Positions 46,837 to 55,712 of a stretch of DNA of 64,000 nucleotides are shown one piece after another. Each line of letters opens with the position of its first letter. Position 1 is the first letter of the stretch. Location: NCBI GenBank assembly GCA_040384725.1, contig JAZKIS010000004.1, positions 1,256 through 65,255 of the forward strand. The letters are read 5' to 3'. The notes under the pieces are model-generated. The model saw nothing but the letters and a program-made list of their open reading frames with translations, searched no databases and was not told the origin of the DNA. The position numbers were made by a program, and so were the translations under genes. The stretch comes from Patescibacteria group bacterium (GTDB lineage: Bacteria; Patescibacteriota; Minisyncoccia; Phycocordibacterales; Phycocordibacteraceae).

Positions 46837-49572
46837 ATGGAGGGACCGATACTACCCATAACCTCGCCCGAGGACGAGCTCGCGTATCTTCGCGAGCAGA
46901 TCGTGCGCAAAGAAGCCGAGCTTGCGACCTACAAGCGCGACATGCCGCGCGAGGACATCGCGCATGAGCGTATCCTGCATCACCGCATGAGCGGCCCAGA
47001 AACGCTGCTCGCGTCAGAATTCAGGATGTCTGAGCGTGACGCGGCAAAGCATGCAGACATGCTCGCGCTGAATCTCGATCCGGAACAGAACGACGAGACG
47101 ATCGCAGAGCTCCGGAATGTCATGGAGGAGAAGGGTATCCACAACGTGTTCACGATCCTCGGAAAGCTGAACAATGCGCACCTGGAAGATGATTTCCATC
47201 GCTTCCTCGTGCAGTACCTCGTTGTTGGCATGCAACCCAAAGGACTCGCGGAGAACCAGCCGGAATGGAAGGCGCTCCGGATGACCCTGTACGAGATCGC
47301 GCTCCCTGAGGCCAATACTGAAGAGTCGCGCGGCAAATCCCTCAAGGAACTCATCTCGTCCATGGAGCAGTTCTATTCCGGCTTGCTCGCGGTTGAGCAC
47401 GCGGGACGCGGCGAGCCTGCCTACATGACGCTCGAGCTCGCGGTCCCGGTGGATGCGCCGCATCTGATGTTCTACGCCTCGGTACCAAACACGCGCCGGG
47501 ACCTCTTCGAGAACCAGCTCCTTGCTATCTTCCCGAATGCGCAGGTGAGCGTACAGTCGAACGACTACAACGTGTTCGTTGAGGACGGCGAATCGCTCGC
47601 GTCCGTCGCTGAGTTCAAGGATAAGGCGATGCTCCCCTTGAAGGACTATCAGGACTTCGATTACGATCCCCTTAACTCCCTTCTGAACGCGTTCGCGAAA
47701 GTAGCGCCCGAGAACGAAGGAGCAGCCCTCCAGATCGTGTTTAAGCCGGAAGGAAGTCATTACGTCGATCACTACCGACGCATCATTCACGCGCTTCGCC
47801 AAGGAGAGCACCGTTCGCGAGCATTCAACCTGCCCGAGACGTTCGCCGGGGATCTCGCGCGCGAGGCCGCAGGGCTCTTCTTTTCGAGCAAGAAGCAGTC
47901 GCAGACCGAACCGGTCGATGAGAAAGCGGTCGAGATGGTCGAGAAGAAGATCGGCGCGCCGATCGTCTCGACCAATATCAGGCTCACGGTTTCGTCACAG
48001 GCTCACGATCGCGCCCATCAGATACTCACCGAGCTCGAATCCGCGTTCAATCAGTTCGATAACACCACCGGAAACCGTATCAACTTCCGGAGACCGAACA
48101 AGGGCTCCTTGAAGCAGCTTCTCCGGGATTTCTCGTTCCGTTTGTATCGCGCTTCGACCAATCTCCCGCTCTCGCTTCGCGAGCTCACGACCCTCTACCA
48201 TTTTCCGCCGCAGGGCATAGAGTCCTCGCCGCAGCTTAAGCAATCGCGCGCAGCGAGCGCAGCCGCACCGATCGGCCTTCCGCGAGAGGGTCTCATGCTC
48301 GGTGTGAACGAGTTCCGCGGCACGAAGACCGAGGTCCGTCTCTCTGATGCGGATCGCTTGCGCCATCTCTATGTCATCGGACAGACGGGCGCGGGTAAGT
48401 CCGGTCTCTTGCGGACCCTGATCGACCAAGACATCAAGGAAGGGAAAGGCGTCTGCTTCATCGATCCTCACGGGAACGATATCCTCGACGTGCTGGCTAC
48501 CGTCCCCCCTGAGCGCTACGAGGACGTCATCTATTTCGATCCTGCCAATATCGATCGCCCGTTCGGACTCAACATGCTCGAGTACGACCCGAAGCGCCCG
48601 GAGCAGAAGACGTTCATCGTGAATGAGATGCTCGCCATCTTCCGACAGCTGTATGGCGACGTGCCGGAGTCCATGGGCCCGATGTTCGAGCAGTACTTTA
48701 GGAACGCGACGCAGCTCGTCATGGAAGACCCGGCATCGGGCTCAACCATGATGGATATCGGCCGGGTCATGTCGAACGCTGACTTCAGGAACCTGAAGCT
48801 GGCACGGAGCAATAACCCTATCGTGAATCAGTTTTGGTCTGAGATCGCGACGAAGGCTGAAGGCGAGGCGAGCCTCCAGAGCATCGTGCCGTACATCACG
48901 AACAAGTTCGATGAGTTCACCACGAGCGATTTCATGCGGCCGATCATCGGGCAGCAGGAAAGCTCCTTCAATTTCAGGGAAGTCATCGACAATAAGAAGA
49001 TCCTCCTGGTCAATCTCTCGAAAGGACGCCTCGGAGAGCGCAATGCGAATCTCCTCGGTCTTATCATCGTGGGCAAGCTCTTCATGGCGGCGCTCTCGCG
49101 AGCGGACGATCCGCGCGGGAACTTCCCGCCGTTCTACCTCTATATCGACGAGTTCCAGAACATCACCACCTCTTCGATCCCTGGCATTCTCTCCGAAGCC
49201 CGCAAATACAAGCTTTCCCTCACTATCGCGCACCAGTACCTCGCGCAGATCGACGAGAAGATCAGGGATGCGGTCTTCGGCAACGTCGGGTCTATGGCGG
49301 TCTTCCGTGTCGGACAGGAGGACGGAGAGTTCTTCGGGAAGCTCTTCGAGCCTACCTTCAAGGCGAGCGACTTTACGAACATCGAGAACCGGAATGCCTA
49401 TGTCCGCATGCTCGCGAACGGCGTGCCCCAGAAGCCGTTCAGCATGAAGACCTTGAATCTGTCTGAAGGAACCCTCGCTCAGGTGGATGACCTTCGTGAA
49501 TTGTCGTATCTCACGTACGGCAGGGACCGTGCTACTGTTGAAGCATCTATTAGAGCGCGCTATCTTTCTTAA
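46837..49572 (+). CDS. VirD4/TraD-like type IV secretion coupling ATPase
   Basis: RHLYVIGQTGAGKS, IDPHG, LYIDEFQN, LSEARKY, AHQYLAQ, AVFGNVG. Confidence 0.85.
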   Translation: MEGPILPITSPEDELAYLREQIVRKEAELATYKRDMPREDIAHERILHHRMSGPETLLASEFRMSERDAAKHADMLALNLDPEQNDETIAELRNVMEEKGIHNVFTILGKLNNAHLEDDFHRFLVQYLVVGMQPKGLAENQPEWKALRMTLYEIALPEANTEESRGKSLKELISSMEQFYSGLLAVEHAGRGEPAYMTLELAVPVDAPHLMFYASVPNTRRDLFENQLLAIFPNAQVSVQSNDYNVFVEDGESLASVAEFKDKAMLPLKDYQDFDYDPLNSLLNAFAKVAPENEGAALQIVFKPEGSHYVDHYRRIIHALRQGEHRSRAFNLPETFAGDLAREAAGLFFSSKKQSQTEPVDEKAVEMVEKKIGAPIVSTNIRLTVSSQAHDRAHQILTELESAFNQFDNTTGNRINFRRPNKGSLKQLLRDFSFRLYRASTNLPLSLRELTTLYHFPPQGIESSPQLKQSRAASAAAPIGLPREGLMLGVNEFRGTKTEVRLSDADRLRHLYVIGQTGAGKSGLLRTLIDQDIKEGKGVCFIDPHGNDILDVLATVPPERYEDVIYFDPANIDRPFGLNMLEYDPKRPEQKTFIVNEMLAIFRQLYGDVPESMGPMFEQYFRNATQLVMEDPASGSTMMDIGRVMSNADFRNLKLARSNNPIVNQFWSEIATKAEGEASLQSIVPYITNKFDEFTTSDFMRPIIGQQESSFNFREVIDNKKILLVNLSKGRLGERNANLLGLIIVGKLFMAALSRADDPRGNFPPFYLYIDEFQNITTSSIPGILSEARKYKLSLTIAHQYLAQIDEKIRDAVFGNVGSMAVFRVGQEDGEFFGKLFEPTFKASDFTNIENRNAYVRMLANGVPQKPFSMKTLNLSEGTLAQVDDLRELSYLTYGRDRATVEASIRARYLS

Positions 49573-49582
49573 TACACAGCGT

Positions 49583-52120
49583 ATGGCAAAAAAACCACTC
49601 GAAGGACCGCCGTATACCGAAGACTCCGATGAGCAGGAAGTAGAGCGTGGCGGGCAGTATGCCGCGATACTGGCTCGCGCCGATCGCCATCTTGAGGATC
49701 CTGCAGACAGTACACCGATGGAACGCACCGAACTTGAAGACGGTGCCTCGGTGCGGGTGGCACCAGGAGCTAAGAAGCCCTCGGAGAAAGATCGTCGAAA
49801 GAAACGTACGCACGGTGCAAAAGCAGCTGCTCCGAAAGAAGAGCCGCGCTATGGCGTACCTGCCGTAACAGATGGGATAACGGAAACGAGGAAGGAACGG
49901 CATGATGCGCTGCGAGAGGCGCTCGCGAAAAGCCAAGAGCAGGATGATGCCGCGCCACAGACCGTAATCCCAATGCCAGATCAGAGCGCAGAGGAGCATC
50001 TGCGTGACGTGAGGAGCCGCCTTGATGCGAGGAAATCCCCTGGAGAGGAGATTCGCGTGCAGATTGAGGCGGTCGAGAAGCTCAAGTATGAGAAGCTTCA
50101 GGAATTTCATAAGAACCGGTCCGCACTTGGCCGTATGGCAGAGCAGTACACCGGTGAGATGCTGCCAAAGGAGATAAAGATGCTCATGACGACCTCGGAA
50201 GAATTGCGCGGCGCTTACCTCAAGGCAACCATCGGCTCGGTTGAGGAGCGCAGGGCTGCGCGCGGGCGAGACGAGAACAAGAATGAGGCCGTACGAGAGC
50301 GGTATCAGCGCCGCTACGAGTTCGAACGCCGCATGATCATCGAACCAGAGGAAAAGGCGATCCAGGCGCGCATGGAAGGTCTCGGCTCTCGAGAAAAGAA
50401 GGCGCTCGATACCCTCTATGAAAAATATAAAGAATTGCCGGCACCGGCTCGCATCGTGGCCATGTCCGGGCTCATGCTCGCAGGAGGCGCTGCGATCGGC
50501 GCGGGCCTCGGTACGGGTATCGGGCTAACGGCGCTCGCCATCGGCGGCATGTCTGCTGCAGCGCGTATTACCTCCTTGTACCAGAAGAATAAGATCGTAA
50601 AGTCAGGGCTCCAGCATGCGGCCGTTGTCACGGGCCTCGGAGGCCTTCTCGGATTAGCGTTTGAGCACGCGGTGCGAATGGGGCACAAGATGAGCGGCAC
50701 CGAACGGAAAGCCCAGGAGACGCTTGCGCGAGGCGTTAAGACCGATGGCGACAAGACACTCAACCTCGGCAATCTTAATATCTTTAGCAAGCTCCTTGCG
50801 GACCGGAAGAAAGCTAAGGCGGCAAAGGAAAGGATCGACCTTCAGGCACGATGGGCCCGATCCGTGGGATCGGTCGGCGTGGGTCTTGCGGCCGGGTTCG
50901 GTATGTCCGAAGTGTTCAACGGAAATGACGTAGAACAGACTTCAGGAAACGGAGATGTCGCGCCAGAGAATATAGGCGCTGGACCTAACACCGCTGAAAG
51001 CGCTGCGCCTGCGCATGATGCACCCCCATCTGCTGCTCCAGCAGCACCCGCTGAAGCTCCGAACGAGGCGCCTATAGAAGTAAAAGCTGAGCCGATCGTT
51101 GCCACTATCGACGCGGGCGAGGGCTTCAACAAGCTCTTCCTTGATCTTCGCGATTCAGTGGATACGAAGCTTCACGGCATGCAGGACGTATCTTCCTCGT
51201 CGCCGGTTATGGAGTACCTATCCAAGACTTCGCCAACCGAGCTTTCAGAACGAATCGGTGCATTCGATCCTGAAACAGGCGAGAGCATGATTATGCAGCC
51301 CGGAGACAAACTCTTCTTGGACGATAAGGGAGATCTCTGGTTCCAGAAGGAAGGAGGCGAAGCGAAGCTCCTCATGGAGAATGATGCCGCAGCACCCGGC
51401 GGGTTCAAGGTGCACGATCTCGCGGACATTAAGGTTCCTGAAGCTTCAATACCAGTCTCTACTCAGAGCCCAGAAGCAAGAGTAGAATCAAGTCCAGCAG
51501 TTGCAGCTACTGAAGCTCCTCTGGAATCTGTAGCAACTACAGAAACCCCATATGTCTCTGAAGGCAGTGCATCGGTAGAGCATGCTCCCGGTCCGATCGC
51601 TAGTGAACCAGTTATAGATCGTGTTCCCGAATCTAGCTCTCAAGATGCTGAAGGCTTAATTCCAAGAGCGAGCCTCGGCAGCATGCCTGTGAACGTGGAT
51701 GCTCAGGCTCCAGTAGGCACCCTTAAGACCCAAAGCTTGGAATCCTGGACAGAGGATGCCATCGAAGCCGAAACTCACTCATTCTCGAATATCTATGATG
51801 TTGAGATAAATCCTTCAGAGCCGGCGGGATACGAATGGAAGGTTCCGGGCTCGAATCTAACCTACACAGTTGCGTTTGGAGAAAATGCTGCTGCAACCGA
51901 GCGGTGGGCGCTTCGCGAGCTTGAGCTGCGTCCTGAAGCAAGCGTGTTGATAAATTACACCGATACCAACCCAACGACAGGCGCCATTGAAACGAATGTT
52001 GGAGCCTGGGTGACAGGTGAAGACGGGAAGCCAGAATTCGTGCGAGAGCTAGTGAATCCGCAGAATGGTCTTAGGCTCGGTGCGGCAAATCCACAAGACT
52101 TTATCCGCAAGCTTCCTTAA
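49583..52120 (+). CDS. Large membrane protein with low-complexity stalk and possible degenerate LysM-like domain
   Basis: Charged N-terminus, Gly/Ala-rich hydrophobic segments, Pro/Ala/Glu linkers, IDAGEG..MQPGDKL. Confidence 0.7.
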   Translation: MAKKPLEGPPYTEDSDEQEVERGGQYAAILARADRHLEDPADSTPMERTELEDGASVRVAPGAKKPSEKDRRKKRTHGAKAAAPKEEPRYGVPAVTDGITETRKERHDALREALAKSQEQDDAAPQTVIPMPDQSAEEHLRDVRSRLDARKSPGEEIRVQIEAVEKLKYEKLQEFHKNRSALGRMAEQYTGEMLPKEIKMLMTTSEELRGAYLKATIGSVEERRAARGRDENKNEAVRERYQRRYEFERRMIIEPEEKAIQARMEGLGSREKKALDTLYEKYKELPAPARIVAMSGLMLAGGAAIGAGLGTGIGLTALAIGGMSAAARITSLYQKNKIVKSGLQHAAVVTGLGGLLGLAFEHAVRMGHKMSGTERKAQETLARGVKTDGDKTLNLGNLNIFSKLLADRKKAKAAKERIDLQARWARSVGSVGVGLAAGFGMSEVFNGNDVEQTSGNGDVAPENIGAGPNTAESAAPAHDAPPSAAPAAPAEAPNEAPIEVKAEPIVATIDAGEGFNKLFLDLRDSVDTKLHGMQDVSSSSPVMEYLSKTSPTELSERIGAFDPETGESMIMQPGDKLFLDDKGDLWFQKEGGEAKLLMENDAAAPGGFKVHDLADIKVPEASIPVSTQSPEARVESSPAVAATEAPLESVATTETPYVSEGSASVEHAPGPIASEPVIDRVPESSSQDAEGLIPRASLGSMPVNVDAQAPVGTLKTQSLESWTEDAIEAETHSFSNIYDVEINPSEPAGYEWKVPGSNLTYTVAFGENAAATERWALRELELRPEASVLINYTDTNPTTGAIETNVGAWVTGEDGKPEFVRELVNPQNGLRLGAANPQDFIRKLP

Positions 52121-52131
52121 GAGTACCCTGT

Positions 52132-52434
52132 ATGAATGATACAAATTTTAGTCGAGTGCTGAATGCGCTTCAAATCGGCGAACTTTCTCCCCAAGAGCAG
52201 GAGGCTCTACTGCTCGACCTAAATTCTCTAATCTTTCGCGGAACGATGGTACGTCTGATTGAGCGCATGGATGAGAAAACGAAAGACGATTTCATCCAGC
52301 TTGTTGAGAGTGCCGCGGACGAGAGTGCCTTAGAGGCTTTCCTCAAAGAGCGTATACCAGATACGGATGCTTCGGTTGCTGAAACAGTGCAGGAAATCAG
52401 TGATGATATACTTGCGGTTACCGGCACTAAATAA
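52132..52434 (+). CDS. DUF5663-like small acidic helical protein
   Basis: LSPQEQEALL..FLKERIPD..VAETV. Confidence 0.65.
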   Translation: MNDTNFSRVLNALQIGELSPQEQEALLLDLNSLIFRGTMVRLIERMDEKTKDDFIQLVESAADESALEAFLKERIPDTDASVAETVQEISDDILAVTGTK

Positions 52435-52443
52435 AGAATAGCT

Positions 52444-52962
52444 ATGAATGTCACTGGAACTGGAATCGCTGTAGCGCTCGCTGTCGTAGTGGCGCTTGGC
52501 TTCCTTGCTCTTGGAACTCCGATGCTCACCTCCCTTGGAGGACCTGCTATGGACCAGTCTATGGCCGTCGGAACTACTACAAATCAAACTGCTTCAACAA
52601 CATCTATGGATCTCTCTCTGGCTCCTGGCGAGCCGCTTCCAACCGAACTCATGATTAACGACATTGTTGTCGGCACGGGCGCGGAAGCGACCCCTGGCTC
52701 AACCGTTACGGTTAACTACACCGGTGCGCTTCCGGACGGAACCGTCTTCGACAGTTCCGTCGGACGCGGCCCCTTCACTTTCGGTCTCGGCGCCGGACAG
52801 GTTATCCGCGGATGGGATGAAGGAGTGGCTGGTATGAAGGTTGGTGGCAAGCGCCGTCTCGTTATCCCGGCTGATAAGGCGTATGGGAATCAGGCAGTAG
52901 GCGGCATCATTCCGGCGAATGCAACGCTTCTGTTTGAGGTAGAACTCTTGGGTGTTCAATAA
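52444..52962 (+). CDS. FKBP-type peptidyl-prolyl isomerase
   Basis: [42 protein letters not shown]. Confidence 0.95.
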   Translation: MNVTGTGIAVALAVVVALGFLALGTPMLTSLGGPAMDQSMAVGTTTNQTASTTSMDLSLAPGEPLPTELMINDIVVGTGAEATPGSTVTVNYTGALPDGTVFDSSVGRGPFTFGLGAGQVIRGWDEGVAGMKVGGKRRLVIPADKAYGNQAVGGIIPANATLLFEVELLGVQ

Positions 52963-52982
52963 ACTTTCGTTCTAAGTATAGA

Positions 52983-53013
52983 AAAACGCCCGGAACCTGG
53001 TTCCGGGCGTTTT
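52983..53013. terminator. Bidirectional terminator
   Basis: AAAACGCCCGGAAC-CTG-GTTCCGGGCGTTTT. Confidence 0.8.
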
Positions 53014-53034
53014 CCATCTAGGTAGTAGAGATCG

Positions 53035-53838
53035 CTATCGGCGAGTGATGCCGTTCCGGATGGGATCGGTGATCGTCTCGTCGAGCGAGAGGCTCGGGAT
53101 GCTCGCCGGGTTGGCGAGCGCCGGGTACAGGCCCGCGCAGGTCGGGAAGGTCCGCTCGAGGAAGATGCGTTCGCTTCGTCCCCACAGCAGGTTCGCCCGG
53201 ATCGAGAGGCGGTTGAAGAGCACCGAAAGCATGTTCGCTTCGCGGCTCAGCTCCTGGGCGTATTGGTCGCCCCGGCGCCGCACCTCGTTCGAGCCTGCGC
53301 CCGTGACGATCATGATGCCATGCTCGAGCATCTGTTCCGGATTCCGGATGGCTTGCACCAGGCCGAGAAGGGCCTGGAGAAAGTTCGCGGCGCCGCCGAC
53401 GCGTCCCGACCGGCGGATGTGCTCGGACAGGTTGATATCGTAGCGCTGGAACAGGCTCAGGTACATGGGATCGAGTTGGACGATCAGGCCCATGATCTGG
53501 ACCAGCTCGTTGATGTCTTCACCCACGATGGTGCAGCCGTCCTCGGACGCGTCGGCGTATTCCTGGTAGAGCGCGATGCTCTCCGGGGTGTCGCCGTACG
53601 CAGCCTTCCAGTCGTCGAGCGAGGTCGTGCGAAGCACGCCCCGAACGTTGTAGGCCTGCAGCGGAAGCGGCTGGCCGACGCCGGGCAGAGGGCTCGACAT
53701 GTCGACGAGGATCTGCGGCGGCGGTGTCCGGGCTTGACGATCAGAGGATGAGCTCGGAACGACTTGGGCGACGGCGGAACCGGCGCCCATGAGGAGCGCG
53801 ATGGAGGCCACCGCACCCAGGATGTTGGTCTTGGTCAT
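53035..53838 (-). CDS. Secreted hypothetical protein (GC-rich)
   Basis: Sec signal ending SAVA-Q; AAGGAGGT SD. Confidence 0.75.
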   Translation of the reverse strand: MTKTNILGAVASIALLMGAGSAVAQVVPSSSSDRQARTPPPQILVDMSSPLPGVGQPLPLQAYNVRGVLRTTSLDDWKAAYGDTPESIALYQEYADASEDGCTIVGEDINELVQIMGLIVQLDPMYLSLFQRYDINLSEHIRRSGRVGGAANFLQALLGLVQAIRNPEQMLEHGIMIVTGAGSNEVRRRGDQYAQELSREANMLSVLFNRLSIRANLLWGRSERIFLERTFPTCAGLYPALANPASIPSLSLDETITDPIRNGITRR

Positions 53839-53909
53839 GGTGATGACCTCCTTGTTGTGAGTTCTTTCTACCTAAATGGATTGTAAAGAACTCGGTTTGA
53901 ACTGGGAAC

Positions 53910-53938
53910 ATTATAGAGGTCTCTTGACACCTTGTCAA
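53910..53938 (-). promoter_or_regulatory. Consensus sigma70 promoter with overlapping palindrome
   Basis: TTGACA(53938-53933)-17nt-TATAAT(53915-53910); CTTGACA-CCT-TGTCAAG at 53923-53939. Confidence 0.8.
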
Positions 53939-53995
53939 GCACCTCCAGGCACGTACTTGCTTGCCTAAACGACGAATGACTCGTACGGTACTTAG

Positions 53996-55210
53996 ATGAG
54001 ACCAATTTCTTTCTCCACGGTAGCGAAGGAAGGGAATGCCCGAGCCGGCACCCTTTCAACGCCGCATGGCGATATCCAGACGCCTGCATTCATACCTGTC
54101 GGTACAAAAGCTGGGGTCAAAGGAGTGCTCCCTGATCAGCTGAAGGTGCTCGGCGCCCAGGCTGTCCTTGCGAACACGTACCATCTTTACCTGCAGCCGG
54201 GTGAAGGGGTTGTGAAGGGCGCAGGAGGACTCGGGACGTTCATGGGGTACGACGGACCTACGATGACCGATTCGGGAGGGTTCCAGGTGTTCTCCTTAGG
54301 TGCTGCATTTGGCCGCACCATAACGAAGATCGCGAAAGGCGAAGAGAACGAACGCGATCAAGGTGTCGCGGTGTTCGATGAGGACGTGCAGACCCAGCAC
54401 GGACAGCTCGCCGTCATCGACGAGGAGGGTGTCACCTTCACCTCACATCATGACGGCTCTCTTCATCGCTTTACACCCGAGCGCTCCATAGAGATCCAGC
54501 ATGCGCTCGGCGCAGATATGTTCTTCGCGTTCGATGAGTGCACGTCGCCAACCGAGCCATATGAGTATCAGAGGGAAGCGATGCAAAGGACTCATAAATG
54601 GGCAGAGCGGTCCTTGAAAGCGCATCGCCAGAATATTGAAGCGAATAGGACACAAGGAATCTTCGGCATCATCCAGGGAGGCAGGTTCGAAGATTTGCGC
54701 GAAGAGAGCGCCAAGGAGATCGCGTCCATGGACTTCGACGGTTTCGGAATCGGCGGCTCATTCAGCAAGGAGGACATGATGGGTGCGCTCCAGGCTGCCG
54801 TGAAGCATCTACCGGAGGATAAGCCACGACACTTCCTCGGGATAGGCGAACCGGGAGATCTCCTCTTAGGTATTCAGGAAGGTATGGACACCTTTGATTG
54901 TGTGGCAGCAACGAGACTCGGGCGTCACGGCACTATCTATACAAAGCGAGGCCCGATCCATATGAAGAAGGAACAATACCTCTCTGAGTACGGACCGCTT
55001 GATCCAGAGACGAGCGTTCCAGGGACAGAGACCTTCTCTCGTGCGTATCTCTCCCATCTGATCCGCGCGAACGAGATATCCGGGCAGGTTATCGCGTCTA
55101 TGCATAATCTCGGGTTCATTTTGCAGCTCGTTGATGGGGTGCGTGAAGCGATTCTTGAAGGGAAGTTTGAAACGTATAAGGATGCTTTTCTTAGGGAATA
55201 CTATACGTAA
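53996..55210 (+). CDS. tgt: tRNA-guanine transglycosylase
   Basis: LANTYHL, TDSGGFQVFSL, AFDEC, GIIQGG, DTFDCV, SRAYL. Confidence 0.95.
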   Translation: MRPISFSTVAKEGNARAGTLSTPHGDIQTPAFIPVGTKAGVKGVLPDQLKVLGAQAVLANTYHLYLQPGEGVVKGAGGLGTFMGYDGPTMTDSGGFQVFSLGAAFGRTITKIAKGEENERDQGVAVFDEDVQTQHGQLAVIDEEGVTFTSHHDGSLHRFTPERSIEIQHALGADMFFAFDECTSPTEPYEYQREAMQRTHKWAERSLKAHRQNIEANRTQGIFGIIQGGRFEDLREESAKEIASMDFDGFGIGGSFSKEDMMGALQAAVKHLPEDKPRHFLGIGEPGDLLLGIQEGMDTFDCVAATRLGRHGTIYTKRGPIHMKKEQYLSEYGPLDPETSVPGTETFSRAYLSHLIRANEISGQVIASMHNLGFILQLVDGVREAILEGKFETYKDAFLREYYT

Positions 55211-55215
55211 TGCTA

Positions 55216-55244
55216 TTGACAAACACAGTGTTATAGTGTATTCT
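55216..55244 (+). promoter_or_regulatory. sigma70-type promoter
   Basis: TTGACA(55216)-17nt-TATTCT(55239). Confidence 0.6.
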
Positions 55245-55303
55245 ATTTAAGAACCTGTACCTGGCTAATTTAGCCGAACAACTGCCCAGGAGGGGCTTTA
55301 TAG

Positions 55304-55615
55304 ATGAAAAAAACGCTTTTGATCGCTACTGTGCTCGCCTTGGGAGTGTCCGCATGCGCGAACCGTGAGACCATCCCGACGAAAACGGATGCGGAGATGG
55401 AGGTCGAAGACTTCAACGCATTCTACGAACGCTCGATGCGCCACACGATGACACACCTCATCATCCTTCGTGACTCGCACACGGGTGAGGAAAGGGCTCG
55501 AGTGGAGAGAACGATCTCCAGAACGTGTGTGCGATACGTCGAACTCGGCATGATGGAGTCGGTCAACGACCCCACCGATATCTTCGTGAAGAACTGCCCG
55601 ACATCTGCCGGCTAG
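55304..55615 (+). CDS. Putative lipoprotein
   Basis: MKKTLLIATVLALGVSAC lipobox; AGGAGG SD; own terminator about 55639-55680. Confidence 0.72.
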   Translation: MKKTLLIATVLALGVSACANRETIPTKTDAEMEVEDFNAFYERSMRHTMTHLIILRDSHTGEERARVERTISRTCVRYVELGMMESVNDPTDIFVKNCPTSAG

Positions 55616-55712
55616 CCACCGCAGCGACTACCAAAAGCAAGGCCGCCCCAGCGTACAGTTCGGGGCGGCTCTTCTTTTATATTTCATACACGAAGCGTAC
55701 ACTGGCTCTACT

